Assembly (NCBI RefSeq): GCF_004765795.1
Contig: NZ_SBIV01000001.1
Span: 496,001-560,000, forward strand
Source: Halorussus marinus
GTDB taxonomy: Archaea > Halobacteriota > Halobacteria > Halobacteriales > Haladaptataceae
Direction of reading: 5' to 3'
Length of the DNA: 64,000 bases
Shown here: positions 29,238 to 38,848 of the stretch, piece by piece
Position numbering within the stretch: the first letter of the stretch is position 1
Layout of the letters: each line of letters starts with the position of its first letter
Program-made: the position numbers and the translations under genes
The notes under the pieces: model-generated
What the model was told of the DNA's origin: nothing
What the model saw: the letters and a program-made list of their open reading frames with translations, nothing else
The model's database searches: none

Positions 29238-29918
29238 ATGGGTGGGGAGCAACGAACCGGCGAGGCGGAGTTGGGCCGGTTCAGGCGGCGACTGCTGGAA
29301 CTGAAACGCGAGGGGTGTAACGTGTTGGTCGTCGGCGACGCGGGTGGGGCGTCGGCCTGCCGGCGACTCCTCGGGGATTCGAGCGCCGGACCGCGCTACC
29401 GGGTGTTCGTGGCGGCCGACGCCGACCGATCGAGCGCCAGGGACCGCCTCGACGCCATCGACGAGGACCGGACCCGAGACGCCGCGGCGGTGGTGGTCTG
29501 GCGGCCGGGCGGTCGCGACGCGGCCGGCGGCTCGTCGGCGTCCGCCGACTCGCTGGACCGGGACGTGACCGTCGAATCGGCAGACCTCCGCGCGCTGGGC
29601 GCCGCGGTCGCGGAGACCGTCGAGGCGCTCGCGTCGGGCGCCGAACGACGCTCGCCCGCGCGGCTTCGGCTCTGTTTCGACTCGCTCGCGCCGGTGGTCG
29701 ACGGCCACGGGGTTCGGGACGCCCGGCGATTCCTGCTCGGAGTCACCGAGACCGTCGAGCGCGTCGACGGGATGGGCCACTACCACTTGCCGGGTCGGTA
29801 CGACCGCGACGCGCTGGCGGCCCTGTTCGACGGCACGGTCGAGGTTCGGCGCGCCCGAGACGGCGTCGAACAGCGGTGGCGCGTCGACGGGATGGACACC
29901 GGCTGGATTCGGCTCTGA
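29238..29918 (+). CDS. Degenerate KaiC/RecA-like fold protein (DUF7504-like)
   Basis: LKREGCNVLVVG, LRLCFDSL, GHYHL and LFDGTVEVR. No intact Walker A. Confidence 0.7.
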   Translation: MGGEQRTGEAELGRFRRRLLELKREGCNVLVVGDAGGASACRRLLGDSSAGPRYRVFVAADADRSSARDRLDAIDEDRTRDAAAVVVWRPGGRDAAGGSSASADSLDRDVTVESADLRALGAAVAETVEALASGAERRSPARLRLCFDSLAPVVDGHGVRDARRFLLGVTETVERVDGMGHYHLPGRYDRDALAALFDGTVEVRRARDGVEQRWRVDGMDTGWIRL

Positions 29919-29957
29919 GACGCCGAAGTCGAGATTCCGGATCGAGGCGGCCGACGG

Positions 29958-30758
29958 CTACGGATCGGCCATCGAGCCGTCGTCGCCGGTCGACTCCGAG
30001 CGCTCGCGTGTGAGATACCACCAGTAGTCGCGGTTCAGGCGCTTCCAGACGCCGGGATCGGTGCCCGGCGACTCGCGGTTGAGCTCGCGAATCCGCCGGA
30101 CGTCCCGTCGGGTCAGCTTCCGGAAGTGAGGCTTGGCGAGGAGTTGGGCGACACCCCGGGAGCTCTCGGTGCCTTCGATGCGTTGCTTGCGTCGCTCGCG
30201 GTCTTCGGCGACCAGCTCGCGGGGGCTGAGGCTGTAGTAGTACGCTTGGACGGTCGGGAACCACGCGTCGCTGACGGCCCCGTCGGTACAGCCCACGAGC
30301 GCCGACCGGAACGCGACGAGACGCTCGCGGCGGTCCGGGCCCGCGCGTTCGGCTCGGTCGGCCGCGGCCTCGGAGAGCGCGTCGTGGGCCGCGAGGACCG
30401 TTCGGAGATCCTCGGCCGCGTCGCTGAACCGCTCTGCGGTCTCGATCCGGAAGCGCCGCTCGGCGCGCTGGTCGTGTTTGTAGTACTTCCCGGTCGCCTC
30501 GGACTCGTACTCGCGGGCCGCGAAGTAGCGTCGGTTGAGCCCGACGAGCGCCTTGAGGTACGCCGTCTTCAGTTCGTCGGGGTCGTCGGCGTCCGGCGAC
30601 GTGCGCTCGCCGTCGCCGATCGGCGCGCGCAACGCGGTTCGGCCCGCCGACGCGAGCGACGAGAGGAACCGCTCGCCGTCGTACCGCAGGAAGTCCTGTC
30701 GCCCGTCGTTGTCCTCCACGAGGTACTTCGAGCCCGTGAAGAACGCCTTCGACACCAT
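29958..30758 (-). CDS. Hypothetical protein
   Basis: 266-aa ORF with typical codon usage. TTTATA box upstream (30793-30799 on the minus strand). Confidence 0.65.
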   Translation of the reverse strand: MVSKAFFTGSKYLVEDNDGRQDFLRYDGERFLSSLASAGRTALRAPIGDGERTSPDADDPDELKTAYLKALVGLNRRYFAAREYESEATGKYYKHDQRAERRFRIETAERFSDAAEDLRTVLAAHDALSEAAADRAERAGPDRRERLVAFRSALVGCTDGAVSDAWFPTVQAYYYSLSPRELVAEDRERRKQRIEGTESSRGVAQLLAKPHFRKLTRRDVRRIRELNRESPGTDPGVWKRLNRDYWWYLTRERSESTGDDGSMADP

Positions 30759-30842
30759 GGCGGCTACTCGGTCGAGACGTGTCTCCGATGGGGTATAAAC
30801 GTCCGCCGGATTATCACCGCCGAGAACGCCGACCCCCGACGG

Positions 30843-31379
30843 TCACCAGAGCGTGAGCGAGTCCTCTTCGAGGAAGTGGTCGATCTCGTGGGCGTACTCT
30901 TCGATCCCGACGAGCTGTTCGCGCAGTATCTCGCCGGTCGCGTGATCGCCGAGGCTCTCGGCGAGTTCGATGTGGCTGCTGACGCTCTCGATGATGTCGC
31001 CGTACGCGTCGAGGTCGTGCCCGAGCGAGGTGCGGACGTCGTAGACGTCCTCGCCCTCGAACGGGACGGGGCTGTGGCGTTCGAGCGCGGCCGGACCGCT
31101 GACGGGGACGCCCCCGAGTGCCTGTACGCGCTCGGCGATCTCGTCGGCGTTCTCCTCGGCGTCCTCGGCGGCTTCGCCCAAGAACAGGTGGAGCGACCGG
31201 TACTGGGCGCCCGCGACGTTCCAGTGGTGTTTTCGAAGTTGATGGTACAGGACGTACGTCGCCGCGAGGTCGGCGTTCAGCGCCTCGACGATCTGTTCGG
31301 CCTTCCCGGTGTCGAGCCGGACCGGGTTCGGTTCGACCGTTCCGGCCTGCCTGCGAATCTCCTGTCGTTGCTGGCTCAT
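30843..31379 (-). CDS. dpsA: DNA-binding ferritin-like protein DpsA
   Basis: YHQLRKHHWNVAG, HLFL and DEIAERV. Confidence 0.92.
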   Translation of the reverse strand: MSQQRQEIRRQAGTVEPNPVRLDTGKAEQIVEALNADLAATYVLYHQLRKHHWNVAGAQYRSLHLFLGEAAEDAEENADEIAERVQALGGVPVSGPAALERHSPVPFEGEDVYDVRTSLGHDLDAYGDIIESVSSHIELAESLGDHATGEILREQLVGIEEYAHEIDHFLEEDSLTLW

Positions 31380-31486
31380 GTTGTCTCTCCCCGACAGGGA
31401 GACGACGCGAGGACGCTTAAGCGTGTGCGCCGCTCGGGTCGGCGCCTCGACCCGGGATCGGGTAGGTCGGCGGTCCGACAGTTCGT

Positions 31487-31503
31487 TAATCCGAGTTTGA
31501 GTA
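31487..31503. promoter_or_regulatory. Possible TrmB-like operator (one mismatch)
   Basis: TAAT-N8-GAGTA against the recalled consensus TACT-N7/8-GAGTA, next to the ALDH promoter. Confidence 0.4.
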
Positions 31504-31536
31504 AATATTTTACGCACGCGGGCCCAAGAGGCGGCT

Positions 31537-32967
31537 ATGTCACAACAGCCACTACAGCGTCGGGAGCGCCTCTACATCGACGGCGACTGGCGCGACGCCG
31601 ACGACGTGCTCGAAGTCACCGACCTCGCTGACGGCGGTGCGTTCGCGCGGGTGGCGGCCGCGAACCCCGAGCAGGCCGACGCCGCGCTGGCGGCGGCCGA
31701 GCGCGCCCGGTCGGCGATGCGCGAGACCACGATCCCCCGGCGTGCCGACTGGATGGACGAGATCGCCGACCGACTGCTCGCCCGCAAGGAGGAACTCGCG
31801 GAGGTCATCGTGCGCGAGGCCGGCAAACCGATCTCCTCGGCGCGCGGCGAGGTCGAGTCGGCCGCCGAGCGGTTCCGCCGGGCCAAAGAGGAGATACGGG
31901 CGCTCAAAGGCGAGTACCGCGAGGGCACCACCGCGGGCCACGAGGGCTGGGAGGCCATCGTCAAACACGAGCCGGTCGGCACCGTGCTCGCGATCACGCC
32001 GTACAACTACCCCCTCTCGACAACCGCGCTGTCGGTCGCGCCCGCGCTGGCCGCCGGCAACGCCGTGATCCTCAAGCCCGCGAGCGACACGCCGGTCAGC
32101 GCCGCGATCCTCGCCGACGTGATGTCCGAACTCGATCTCCCCGACGGCGCGTTCAACTTCGTCCCCGGAAAGGCGAGCGACATCGGCGACGTGCTGGCGG
32201 GCGACGACCGCGTCAACACGATCTCGATGACGGGATCGAGCGCCGCCGGCAAGCACGTCGCCAAAGAGAGTGGCATGGTGAACCTCCACATGGAGCTGGG
32301 CGGGAACGCGCCGGCGGTCGTCTTCCCCGACGCCGACCTCCCGGACGTGGCCGGTCAGTGCGCGAAGGGGTCGTTCAAGTACGCGGGCCAGCGGTGCTCG
32401 GCGGTGAGTCGGGTGCTCGCCCACGAGTCGATCCACGACGAGGTCGTCGACCTGCTCGAAGCCGAGATGGACGCCTGGCGGCCCGGCGACCTCTTCGAGG
32501 AGGAGACGACGATGGGGCCGCTCATCAACGAGGGACAGGCCGAGTGGGTCCAAAAACTGGTCGAGGACGCCGTCGAGAAGGGCGCGGATCTGGTCCGGGG
32601 CGGCGAGCGCGACGGAATCGACTTCGAGCCCACCCTGCTGGCGAACGTGCCCCACGACGCCCGGATCGTCCACGAGGAGCAGTTCGGGCCGGTGGCGGCG
32701 GTGACCGCGTTCGACACCGAGGACGCGGCCGTCGAGATCGCAAACCGCGGCGACCTCGCGCTCGACGCGTCGGTGTTCACCAACGACCACGAGCGCGCGA
32801 TGGACCTCGCCGACCGCCTCGACGCCGGGGCAGTCCGCATCAACGGCGCCCCGAGCCACGGACTCGGCGACATCCCGTTCGGCGGCAACGAAGCCTCCGG
32901 CATCGGCCGGCAGGGCCTCTACGTCACCATCGAGGAGATGGTCCGCGAGAAGAGCATCGTGCTGTAA
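31537..32967 (+). CDS. Aldehyde dehydrogenase, GapN-like
   Basis: ITPYNYP, KPAS, MELGGN, AGQRCSA (catalytic Cys) and EEQFGP. Confidence 0.9.
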   Translation: MSQQPLQRRERLYIDGDWRDADDVLEVTDLADGGAFARVAAANPEQADAALAAAERARSAMRETTIPRRADWMDEIADRLLARKEELAEVIVREAGKPISSARGEVESAAERFRRAKEEIRALKGEYREGTTAGHEGWEAIVKHEPVGTVLAITPYNYPLSTTALSVAPALAAGNAVILKPASDTPVSAAILADVMSELDLPDGAFNFVPGKASDIGDVLAGDDRVNTISMTGSSAAGKHVAKESGMVNLHMELGGNAPAVVFPDADLPDVAGQCAKGSFKYAGQRCSAVSRVLAHESIHDEVVDLLEAEMDAWRPGDLFEEETTMGPLINEGQAEWVQKLVEDAVEKGADLVRGGERDGIDFEPTLLANVPHDARIVHEEQFGPVAAVTAFDTEDAAVEIANRGDLALDASVFTNDHERAMDLADRLDAGAVRINGAPSHGLGDIPFGGNEASGIGRQGLYVTIEEMVREKSIVL

Positions 32968-33170
32968 TCGGTAATTTCGCCCGACGCCGCTCGACGACGC
33001 TCGGTGGTAATCGGAGGTAGAGTTTCGGCGGCGGCGTCGCGCGCGCTTTAGCCGGTCCGTTAGGCGTCGTTCACGCGAGAAACGTCCGGTTTCGCGTTCC
33101 GTTACGCTCCGTTGTGCCCCGAACGACTGTGGCCGTTTATTGGGCCGACGCTACTCCCACTGGTGGAGCC

Positions 33171-33779
33171 ATGACCGAAGAAAAAGCGTCGAACAGCAGT
33201 AGCACATCGCGCAGACGGTTTCTGACGATCACGGCCGGCACCATCGTCGGGACCTCCGCGCTGGCGGCCGGTCAGGAGACGACGACCGAGTCGGCGGCCC
33301 CCGAACCCGTCGAGTCCTACCGGTTCGGCGGCGAAGTACAGGCGTGGCAGGGCAGAGCGCCCGAGGCGATCGCCGACACCGAAAACCCGACACTCGAGTT
33401 AGAAGCCGGGCGGGTCTACGAGGTCACCTGGGAGAATCTCGACGGTCAGCCCCACAACTGGGCGTTCCGCGACGGCGACGGCAACGATCTGGCGGTCATC
33501 TACCCGAACGTGGAGTCCGGAACCGCCGGCGAGGGGACGACGACCGAGGCCGCGACCGCGACGACGGCCGCCGAGACCACGACGGGCGAGATGACGACCG
33601 TCGAGCCGCCCGAAGACGCGATCGAGCAGACCGAACAGATCTCCGAGGAGGGCGCGACCCAGACGTTCCACTTCGTCGCCACCGAGGAGATCGCCGACTA
33701 CTACTGTCCGGTCCACCCGAACACGATGGTCGGCGAGGTGACCGTCCAGAGCGGTGACGGGACGACCACGTCCGAGTAG
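33171..33779 (+). CDS. Tat-exported cupredoxin (halocyanin/plastocyanin-like) with Thr-rich insertion
   Basis: SRRRFL, HNW and YYCPVHPNTM type-1 copper ligands. Confidence 0.85.
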   Translation: MTEEKASNSSSTSRRRFLTITAGTIVGTSALAAGQETTTESAAPEPVESYRFGGEVQAWQGRAPEAIADTENPTLELEAGRVYEVTWENLDGQPHNWAFRDGDGNDLAVIYPNVESGTAGEGTTTEAATATTAAETTTGEMTTVEPPEDAIEQTEQISEEGATQTFHFVATEEIADYYCPVHPNTMVGEVTVQSGDGTTTSE

Positions 33780-33996
33780 TCTGACGCCCGTTCGCGATGG
33801 GCCTCGTTCGCTTGGGTGCGGTAGTCGTCGTCGCAGTGTCTGCGGGAGTCGATGCTCCGCCGACTGGGGGCAGTCGCAGTCCGCCGACCGGAAGTGGCGC
33901 AGTCCGCCGACAGCGGGATAGGGTGATCGAGCGAGCGACTGCGCCGAGGATGCGACCGCATCGAGGATACGACCGCGTCGCGGATCGCGAGCGCCG

Positions 33997-34322
33997 CCAC
34001 CCGTCGTTTCCGCTGTTTCGTCTGTCCGGTATCGTTTATAAATTCCCCCACCCCGGCGTTCCGCTGAATCGGGGCTCGGCGGGAGGGAGGGGTCAGGGCG
34101 TCGCCGTCGTTCGGCGTGCTGTCGATGCCGAGGGCGTGCTATATAGTCGATATTGACTACAGTACGGATATGGTTTCACCGACTGCTACAAGAAACTTTC
34201 TGTCCCCGGGACCGGTTTTCGGGGGGACCCACCCCTCGAGCGCGATTCAGCGGAACGCCGGGGTGGGGGTCATTTTTAAATCACGACCACAGACGAATCA
34301 GCGGAATCAGCGGAACGGGTGG
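33997..34322. other. Replication origin (oriC) upstream of cdc6
   Basis: Perfect 27-bp inverted ORBs with G-string at 34045-34071 and 34243-34269, additional mini-ORB-like CAGCGGAA copies, and an AT-richer core at ~34138-34200. Confidence 0.8.
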
Positions 34323-34366
34323 TTTCGATAGCTTGATGGGCACGCCCCGACTCCGACCCGAGTACT

Positions 34367-35581
34367 ATGGGTTCGTTCGACTTCGTCCGCGAGTACTCTC
34401 CCTACACGAACCGCGAGGCGTTACTCGACGACTACACGCCCGACACGCTGGTCGGGCGCGACGACGAACTGGAGGAGTACCACGGCGCGCTCCAGCCTGC
34501 GATCTACGGCGAACAGCCCGACAACATCTTCCTCTACGGCAAGGCCGGCGTGGGCAAGACCGCCGCCACGCGCTTTCTGTTGAACAAGCTCGGCGAGAAC
34601 GCCGAGGCGTACGAGGACCTCGAGGTCCGGACCGAGATCGTCAACTGCGACGGACTGAACTCCTCGTATCGGGTCGCGAGCCACCTCGTCAACGCCCTGC
34701 GCCCGCCGTCGAACCGCATCAGCGAGACCGGCTACTCCCGATCGCAGGTGTACGACCTGATGTGGGAGGAACTCGACTCCCACGGCGGCATCATCCTCGT
34801 CGTGCTCGACGAGATCGACCACCTCAAGGACGACTCCATCCTCTATCAGCTCTCGCGGGCCCGCGAGAACGAGAACCTCACCGAGGCCCGAATCGGGCTC
34901 ATCGGCATCTCGAACGACCTCACCTTCCGCGACTCGCTTTCGCCGAAGGTCCGGTCGTCGCTCTGTGAGCGGGCCATCTCCTTTTCGACGTACGACGCCA
35001 ACGAGCTCCGAGCGGTCCTCGACCAGCGCCGGAAGGTCGCGTTCAAAGACGACGTGCTCACCGACGACGTGGTGCCCCTCTGTGCGGCGTTCGGCGCCCA
35101 AGAGTCCGGCGACGCCCGGAAGGCCCTCGACCTGCTGCTCAAGGCGGGGGACCTCGCCCGCGAGGAGAACGACGAGCAGGTGACCGAACAGCACGTCCGG
35201 CGGGGCCGCCAACTGCTGGAACGCGAGCAGGTCGCCCGCGGGATCGCCGATCTCAACGACCACGAGCGGCTGGTGGTGTACGCGCTGGCGACTCTCGAAG
35301 CCGAGAGCGACACGCCCGCCCGCTCGCGGGCCATCTACACCCGGTACAAGTCGCTGGCCGACGCCGCGGGCAAGGATTCGCTGACCGCGCGGTGGCTTCG
35401 CGAGCACCTCGACGACCTCGCGATGCTCGGCATCCTGAACGTCACCGAGATCAACGAGGGATCGGCGGGCGGCAAGTACCGCGAGTACGACCTCCAGCAG
35501 GACCTCGCGGTGGTGCTCGACGCGCTGGAGGAGACCTTCGAGTCGATGGGCGTCCACACGAGCGTGAAAGGATATCTGTAG
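34367..35581 (+). CDS. cdc6: Orc1/Cdc6 replication initiator
   Basis: YGKAGVGKT, VLDEID, GDARKALDLL and a C-terminal wHTH. Confidence 0.94.
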   Translation: MGSFDFVREYSPYTNREALLDDYTPDTLVGRDDELEEYHGALQPAIYGEQPDNIFLYGKAGVGKTAATRFLLNKLGENAEAYEDLEVRTEIVNCDGLNSSYRVASHLVNALRPPSNRISETGYSRSQVYDLMWEELDSHGGIILVVLDEIDHLKDDSILYQLSRARENENLTEARIGLIGISNDLTFRDSLSPKVRSSLCERAISFSTYDANELRAVLDQRRKVAFKDDVLTDDVVPLCAAFGAQESGDARKALDLLLKAGDLAREENDEQVTEQHVRRGRQLLEREQVARGIADLNDHERLVVYALATLEAESDTPARSRAIYTRYKSLADAAGKDSLTARWLREHLDDLAMLGILNVTEINEGSAGGKYREYDLQQDLAVVLDALEETFESMGVHTSVKGYL

Positions 35582-35678
35582 GCGCGCGGCTCGCGACGAG
35601 GACGGCGAGGGGTCTCGCGGCCACCGACGCACGAGTCACGCTCGCGGCTCGGTCCGTGACGATCTCGCCCGCCGGACA

Positions 35679-36371
35679 TCAGTTCGGCGCGCCTCCCTCC
35701 TGTCCGTCGCGCTGGCGCCGCGTCAACAGGAACAGCGCGAACAGGAGCGGCGAGAGGAACAGGACCAGCACCGAGCCGGCGACCGCGAGGATTTCGAGCG
35801 GAACCGCCCCGTCGGCGGCCTCGTCCGCGTCCGCTCGGGCGCCGGCCCCGGCTCCCGCCTCGCCCTCGACTTCGATGTCCCCGACCATGGTCGACTGGTG
35901 GTAGATGCAGATGTACTCGGCCATCGCGGGCGTCGCGGTGAACGTCACCGACGCGGTCGCGCCCTCCTGAGTCACGTCCTCGGTGCTGGCCAGCTCTTCG
36001 CCGTCCTCGGTCCGTACCACGAAGTTGTGGATCACCCCGTCGAGGTTCTCCCAGACGACCTCGTACTCGGTGCCGGCCTCCAGTTCGAGCGTCGGATTCG
36101 TCTCCCCGGCGATCGACTCCGGGGCGCGGGCCTCCCACCCGGGGACGTGCCCGCCGAAGCGGTACGTCTCGGTCTGGGCCGCACCCTCGCCGCTCGCGGC
36201 CGTCGCCGCGCCCGCGGCGGCCGCGGCCCCGCCCGTCGCGCGAAGGAACGTCCGGCGAGTCACTTGCCCCTCGCCCGATAGCTCGTCGTCGTCGGTCGCC
36301 GACGGCGTCGCTTCTCGCTCGGTCGTCGACGGCGCGCCCCGCTGTGAGTCGTGGTTCGTGGTTCCGTTCAT
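35679..36371 (-). CDS. Tat-exported cupredoxin with C-terminal membrane anchor
   Basis: TRRTFL, HNF, YICIYHQSTM and a C-terminal TM. Paralogue of 33171-33779. Confidence 0.85.
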   Translation of the reverse strand: MNGTTNHDSQRGAPSTTEREATPSATDDDELSGEGQVTRRTFLRATGGAAAAAGAATAASGEGAAQTETYRFGGHVPGWEARAPESIAGETNPTLELEAGTEYEVVWENLDGVIHNFVVRTEDGEELASTEDVTQEGATASVTFTATPAMAEYICIYHQSTMVGDIEVEGEAGAGAGARADADEAADGAVPLEILAVAGSVLVLFLSPLLFALFLLTRRQRDGQEGGAPN

Positions 36372-36498
36372 CACCCATCCCCCAGTGGGGTTCGCCACAC
36401 CGGGACAAGAAACCACGGGCTCGCGGTGGCGGGGCCTCTCCCCGCGAGCCGGTGTCCGACCGCGAAACCCAAGGGGCTGGCCGCCGAATCTCGGCGTT

Positions 36499-37464
36499 AT
36501 GACCGACTCCGAGCCCGCGGTGCTGGTCGCCGGCGAGGCGCTCGTCGACTTCCTCCCGGACCGACCCGCCCGGCTCGCCGACGTCGAGAACTTCGCCCGG
36601 CGGGCCGGCGGCGCGCCCGCCAACGTCGCGGTCGGGCTGGCTCGCCTCGGGACGACGCCGTGGTTCTGGACGCGGGTGGGCACCGACCCCTTCGGCGACC
36701 ACCTCGCCGAGACGCTCGCGGCGAACGGCGTCCCCGACCGGTTCGTCGAGCGCGATCCGGACGCCCGGACCGCGCTGGCGTTCGTGAGCCACGACGAGGC
36801 GGCCGACCGGGCGTTCACGTTCTACCGGAACGACACCGCCGACACCCGACTCGAACCCGGAACGGTGCCCGACGCGGTCCTCGACTCGGTCGCGTGGGTG
36901 TACGTCGGCGGGGTGATGCTCGCGGCCGACCCCGGCCGAACCGCCACGTTCGACCTCGCCGAACGCGCCGCGGCCCGCGACTGCACCGTCGTGTTCGACC
37001 CGAACGCCCGGCCCGAGCTCTGGGCGGACCGCGGGGCCTTTGCCGACAGCGCGGCCGAGATGTTCGACCACGCCGACGTGGTGAAAGCGACCTCCGAGGA
37101 CCTCCGTGAGGCGGGTGTCGACGCCGACGACCCCCACGCGCTCGCCCGGGCGGTCTGCGAGCGCGGCCCCCACACCGCGCTGGTGAGCCGCGGCGAGGCG
37201 GGCGCGCTCGCCCGGGCGACCGACGCGGCCCCGTGGGGGCCCGACGCCGTCGCCCACGACGGGTACGCGGTCGATCCGGTCGACACCACGGGCGCCGGCG
37301 ACGCCTTCACGGCGGGGGCGATGGCGGCGCTGGCCGGCGGCGAGCGGTCGCTGTCGGGGGTTCTCTCGTTCGCCAACGCCGTCGCCGCGATCACGACCAC
37401 CGAGGCGGGCGCGATGGCCGCGTTGCCGACCCGCGAGCGGGTCGAGCGGTTCCGCGGTTCGTAG
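36499..37464 (+). CDS. PfkB-family carbohydrate kinase (fructokinase-like)
   Basis: GGAPANVA, FDPNAR and DTTGAGDAF. Confidence 0.92.
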   Translation: MTDSEPAVLVAGEALVDFLPDRPARLADVENFARRAGGAPANVAVGLARLGTTPWFWTRVGTDPFGDHLAETLAANGVPDRFVERDPDARTALAFVSHDEAADRAFTFYRNDTADTRLEPGTVPDAVLDSVAWVYVGGVMLAADPGRTATFDLAERAAARDCTVVFDPNARPELWADRGAFADSAAEMFDHADVVKATSEDLREAGVDADDPHALARAVCERGPHTALVSRGEAGALARATDAAPWGPDAVAHDGYAVDPVDTTGAGDAFTAGAMAALAGGERSLSGVLSFANAVAAITTTEAGAMAALPTRERVERFRGS

Positions 37465-37469
37465 CCGGC

Positions 37470-37988
37470 TCAGTCCCGGTGCTCGTCGTCGTCGTTGTCC
37501 GACTCGCCGGCCTCGCCCGCCCAGTAGTCGACGTCGGCGTCCGTCGGGTAGTAGCCGTGGAGGCGCCGGTCGTCGCTCCCGCCCGGCGGCGACCCGACGA
37601 ACACCCCGAGCTTCTCCGAGTCGGGGTAGACGGTCACCTCCGGGTCGTCCATCGTCGACACCGCCAGATATCGGAGCGGTTCGTCGCCGTCGTTGACCAC
37701 CCTGTGGGCGCCCCGCTCGTCGGCGGGGAGCGCGACGTAGTCGCCCGCGGCGAGCGCGAGGGACTCGTCGTCGAGTCGAAGCCGTCCGTCCCCGGCGAGG
37801 ACGTAGAGGGCCTCCTCGTTTCGAGTGTGATAGTGGTAGGGCCACGACCGCTTGCCGGCGGGCAGTTCGTAGAGGCTACACCCCAACTGGTCGCCGCCGG
37901 CGGCCTCGCCGAGCTGTTTGCGTCTGAACTCCGCGTCGCCCGCTTCGAATCTCGTCCAGTCCATCCGTTCGGCGTTGATACGTCCCAT
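37470..37988 (-). CDS. Cupin-domain protein
   Basis: PYHYHTRNEEALYVLAG and AHRVVN. Confidence 0.88.
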   Translation of the reverse strand: MGRINAERMDWTRFEAGDAEFRRKQLGEAAGGDQLGCSLYELPAGKRSWPYHYHTRNEEALYVLAGDGRLRLDDESLALAAGDYVALPADERGAHRVVNDGDEPLRYLAVSTMDDPEVTVYPDSEKLGVFVGSPPGGSDDRRLHGYYPTDADVDYWAGEAGESDNDDDEHRD

Positions 37989-38182
37989 ACCCGGAACGTC
38001 ACAGCCGAGCTACATAACTGTCGGCTCGCTCGGGACCGCCGATTCGTCGGCCCGGTCGCGACGCTCGCCGATCGGGAAGCCGCTCTTCGTGAGACGCTGA
38101 CGGTCCGTGCGGCGACCGAACACTGTATGATCCGATACGAAACTGGTACGTTTTTAAATCGTTAGTGAGAACTGACATTCGG

Positions 38183-38848
38183 ATGTCACCGCTACAGCCG
38201 CCCGATCCCCGCCGCTCCGTTTCGGTGCTCGGCGTCGTCGGGCTCCTCCTGACCGCCGGCTGTCTCGGCCCGGCCGGGACGGCCGTCGACGACCCCGAGT
38301 CGGTCGCACAGCAGGTCGAGGCGCGCTACGACGCGCTCGACGAGTACACAACCACGATCGAACGCACCGTCTCGGTCGGCGAGACGACCCGGACGACGCG
38401 GGCCACGGTCCGCTTCGAGAAGGGCGAGTCGCTCCGGATCGCCCACCAGACAGGCCCCGACGCGGGCACCGTCACCGTCGTCGAGGACCCCTCGCCGGCG
38501 ACGCTGCTCTCGACCGACGCGGCGGCGACCGCGACCCCCGGCGCCGAGACGCCGGCCTCCTACGGCGCGTTCGCCGGCCGGCTCGTCGAATCGCACAACG
38601 TGACCTACCGCGGGACCGCGGTCGTCGGCGACCGCGCCGCGGTCGTCCTCTCGATCGACCCCACGAACGCGACGACCGACCGGCCGGCCGAGCGCCGGAT
38701 CTGGATCGACGCCGAACGCCGCGTCCCGCTCCGGATCGAGTCGACGTGGGAGCGCGAGTCCGGTACCGTCACCGAGACGATCCGGTTCACCAACACGTCG
38801 GTGACCGCCGCCAACGCCACCGCCGCCCAAGGAGGTGTCGCGGCGTGA
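38183..38848 (+). CDS. LolA-like lipoprotein
   Basis: LTAGC lipobox and WIDAERRVPLRIE. Confidence 0.75.
   Translation: MSPLQPPDPRRSVSVLGVVGLLLTAGCLGPAGTAVDDPESVAQQVEARYDALDEYTTTIERTVSVGETTRTTRATVRFEKGESLRIAHQTGPDAGTVTVVEDPSPATLLSTDAAATATPGAETPASYGAFAGRLVESHNVTYRGTAVVGDRAAVVLSIDPTNATTDRPAERRIWIDAERRVPLRIESTWERESGTVTETIRFTNTSVTAANATAAQGGVAA

Noticed and set aside
31383..31403. Hairpin upstream of dpsA as an iron-responsive RNA element
   Set aside because: A short bulged stem is expected by chance at this GC content, and there is no other support.
33797..34331. Short ORFs upstream of cdc6
   Set aside because: They overlap the ORB repeats and origin core and have non-halophilic composition.
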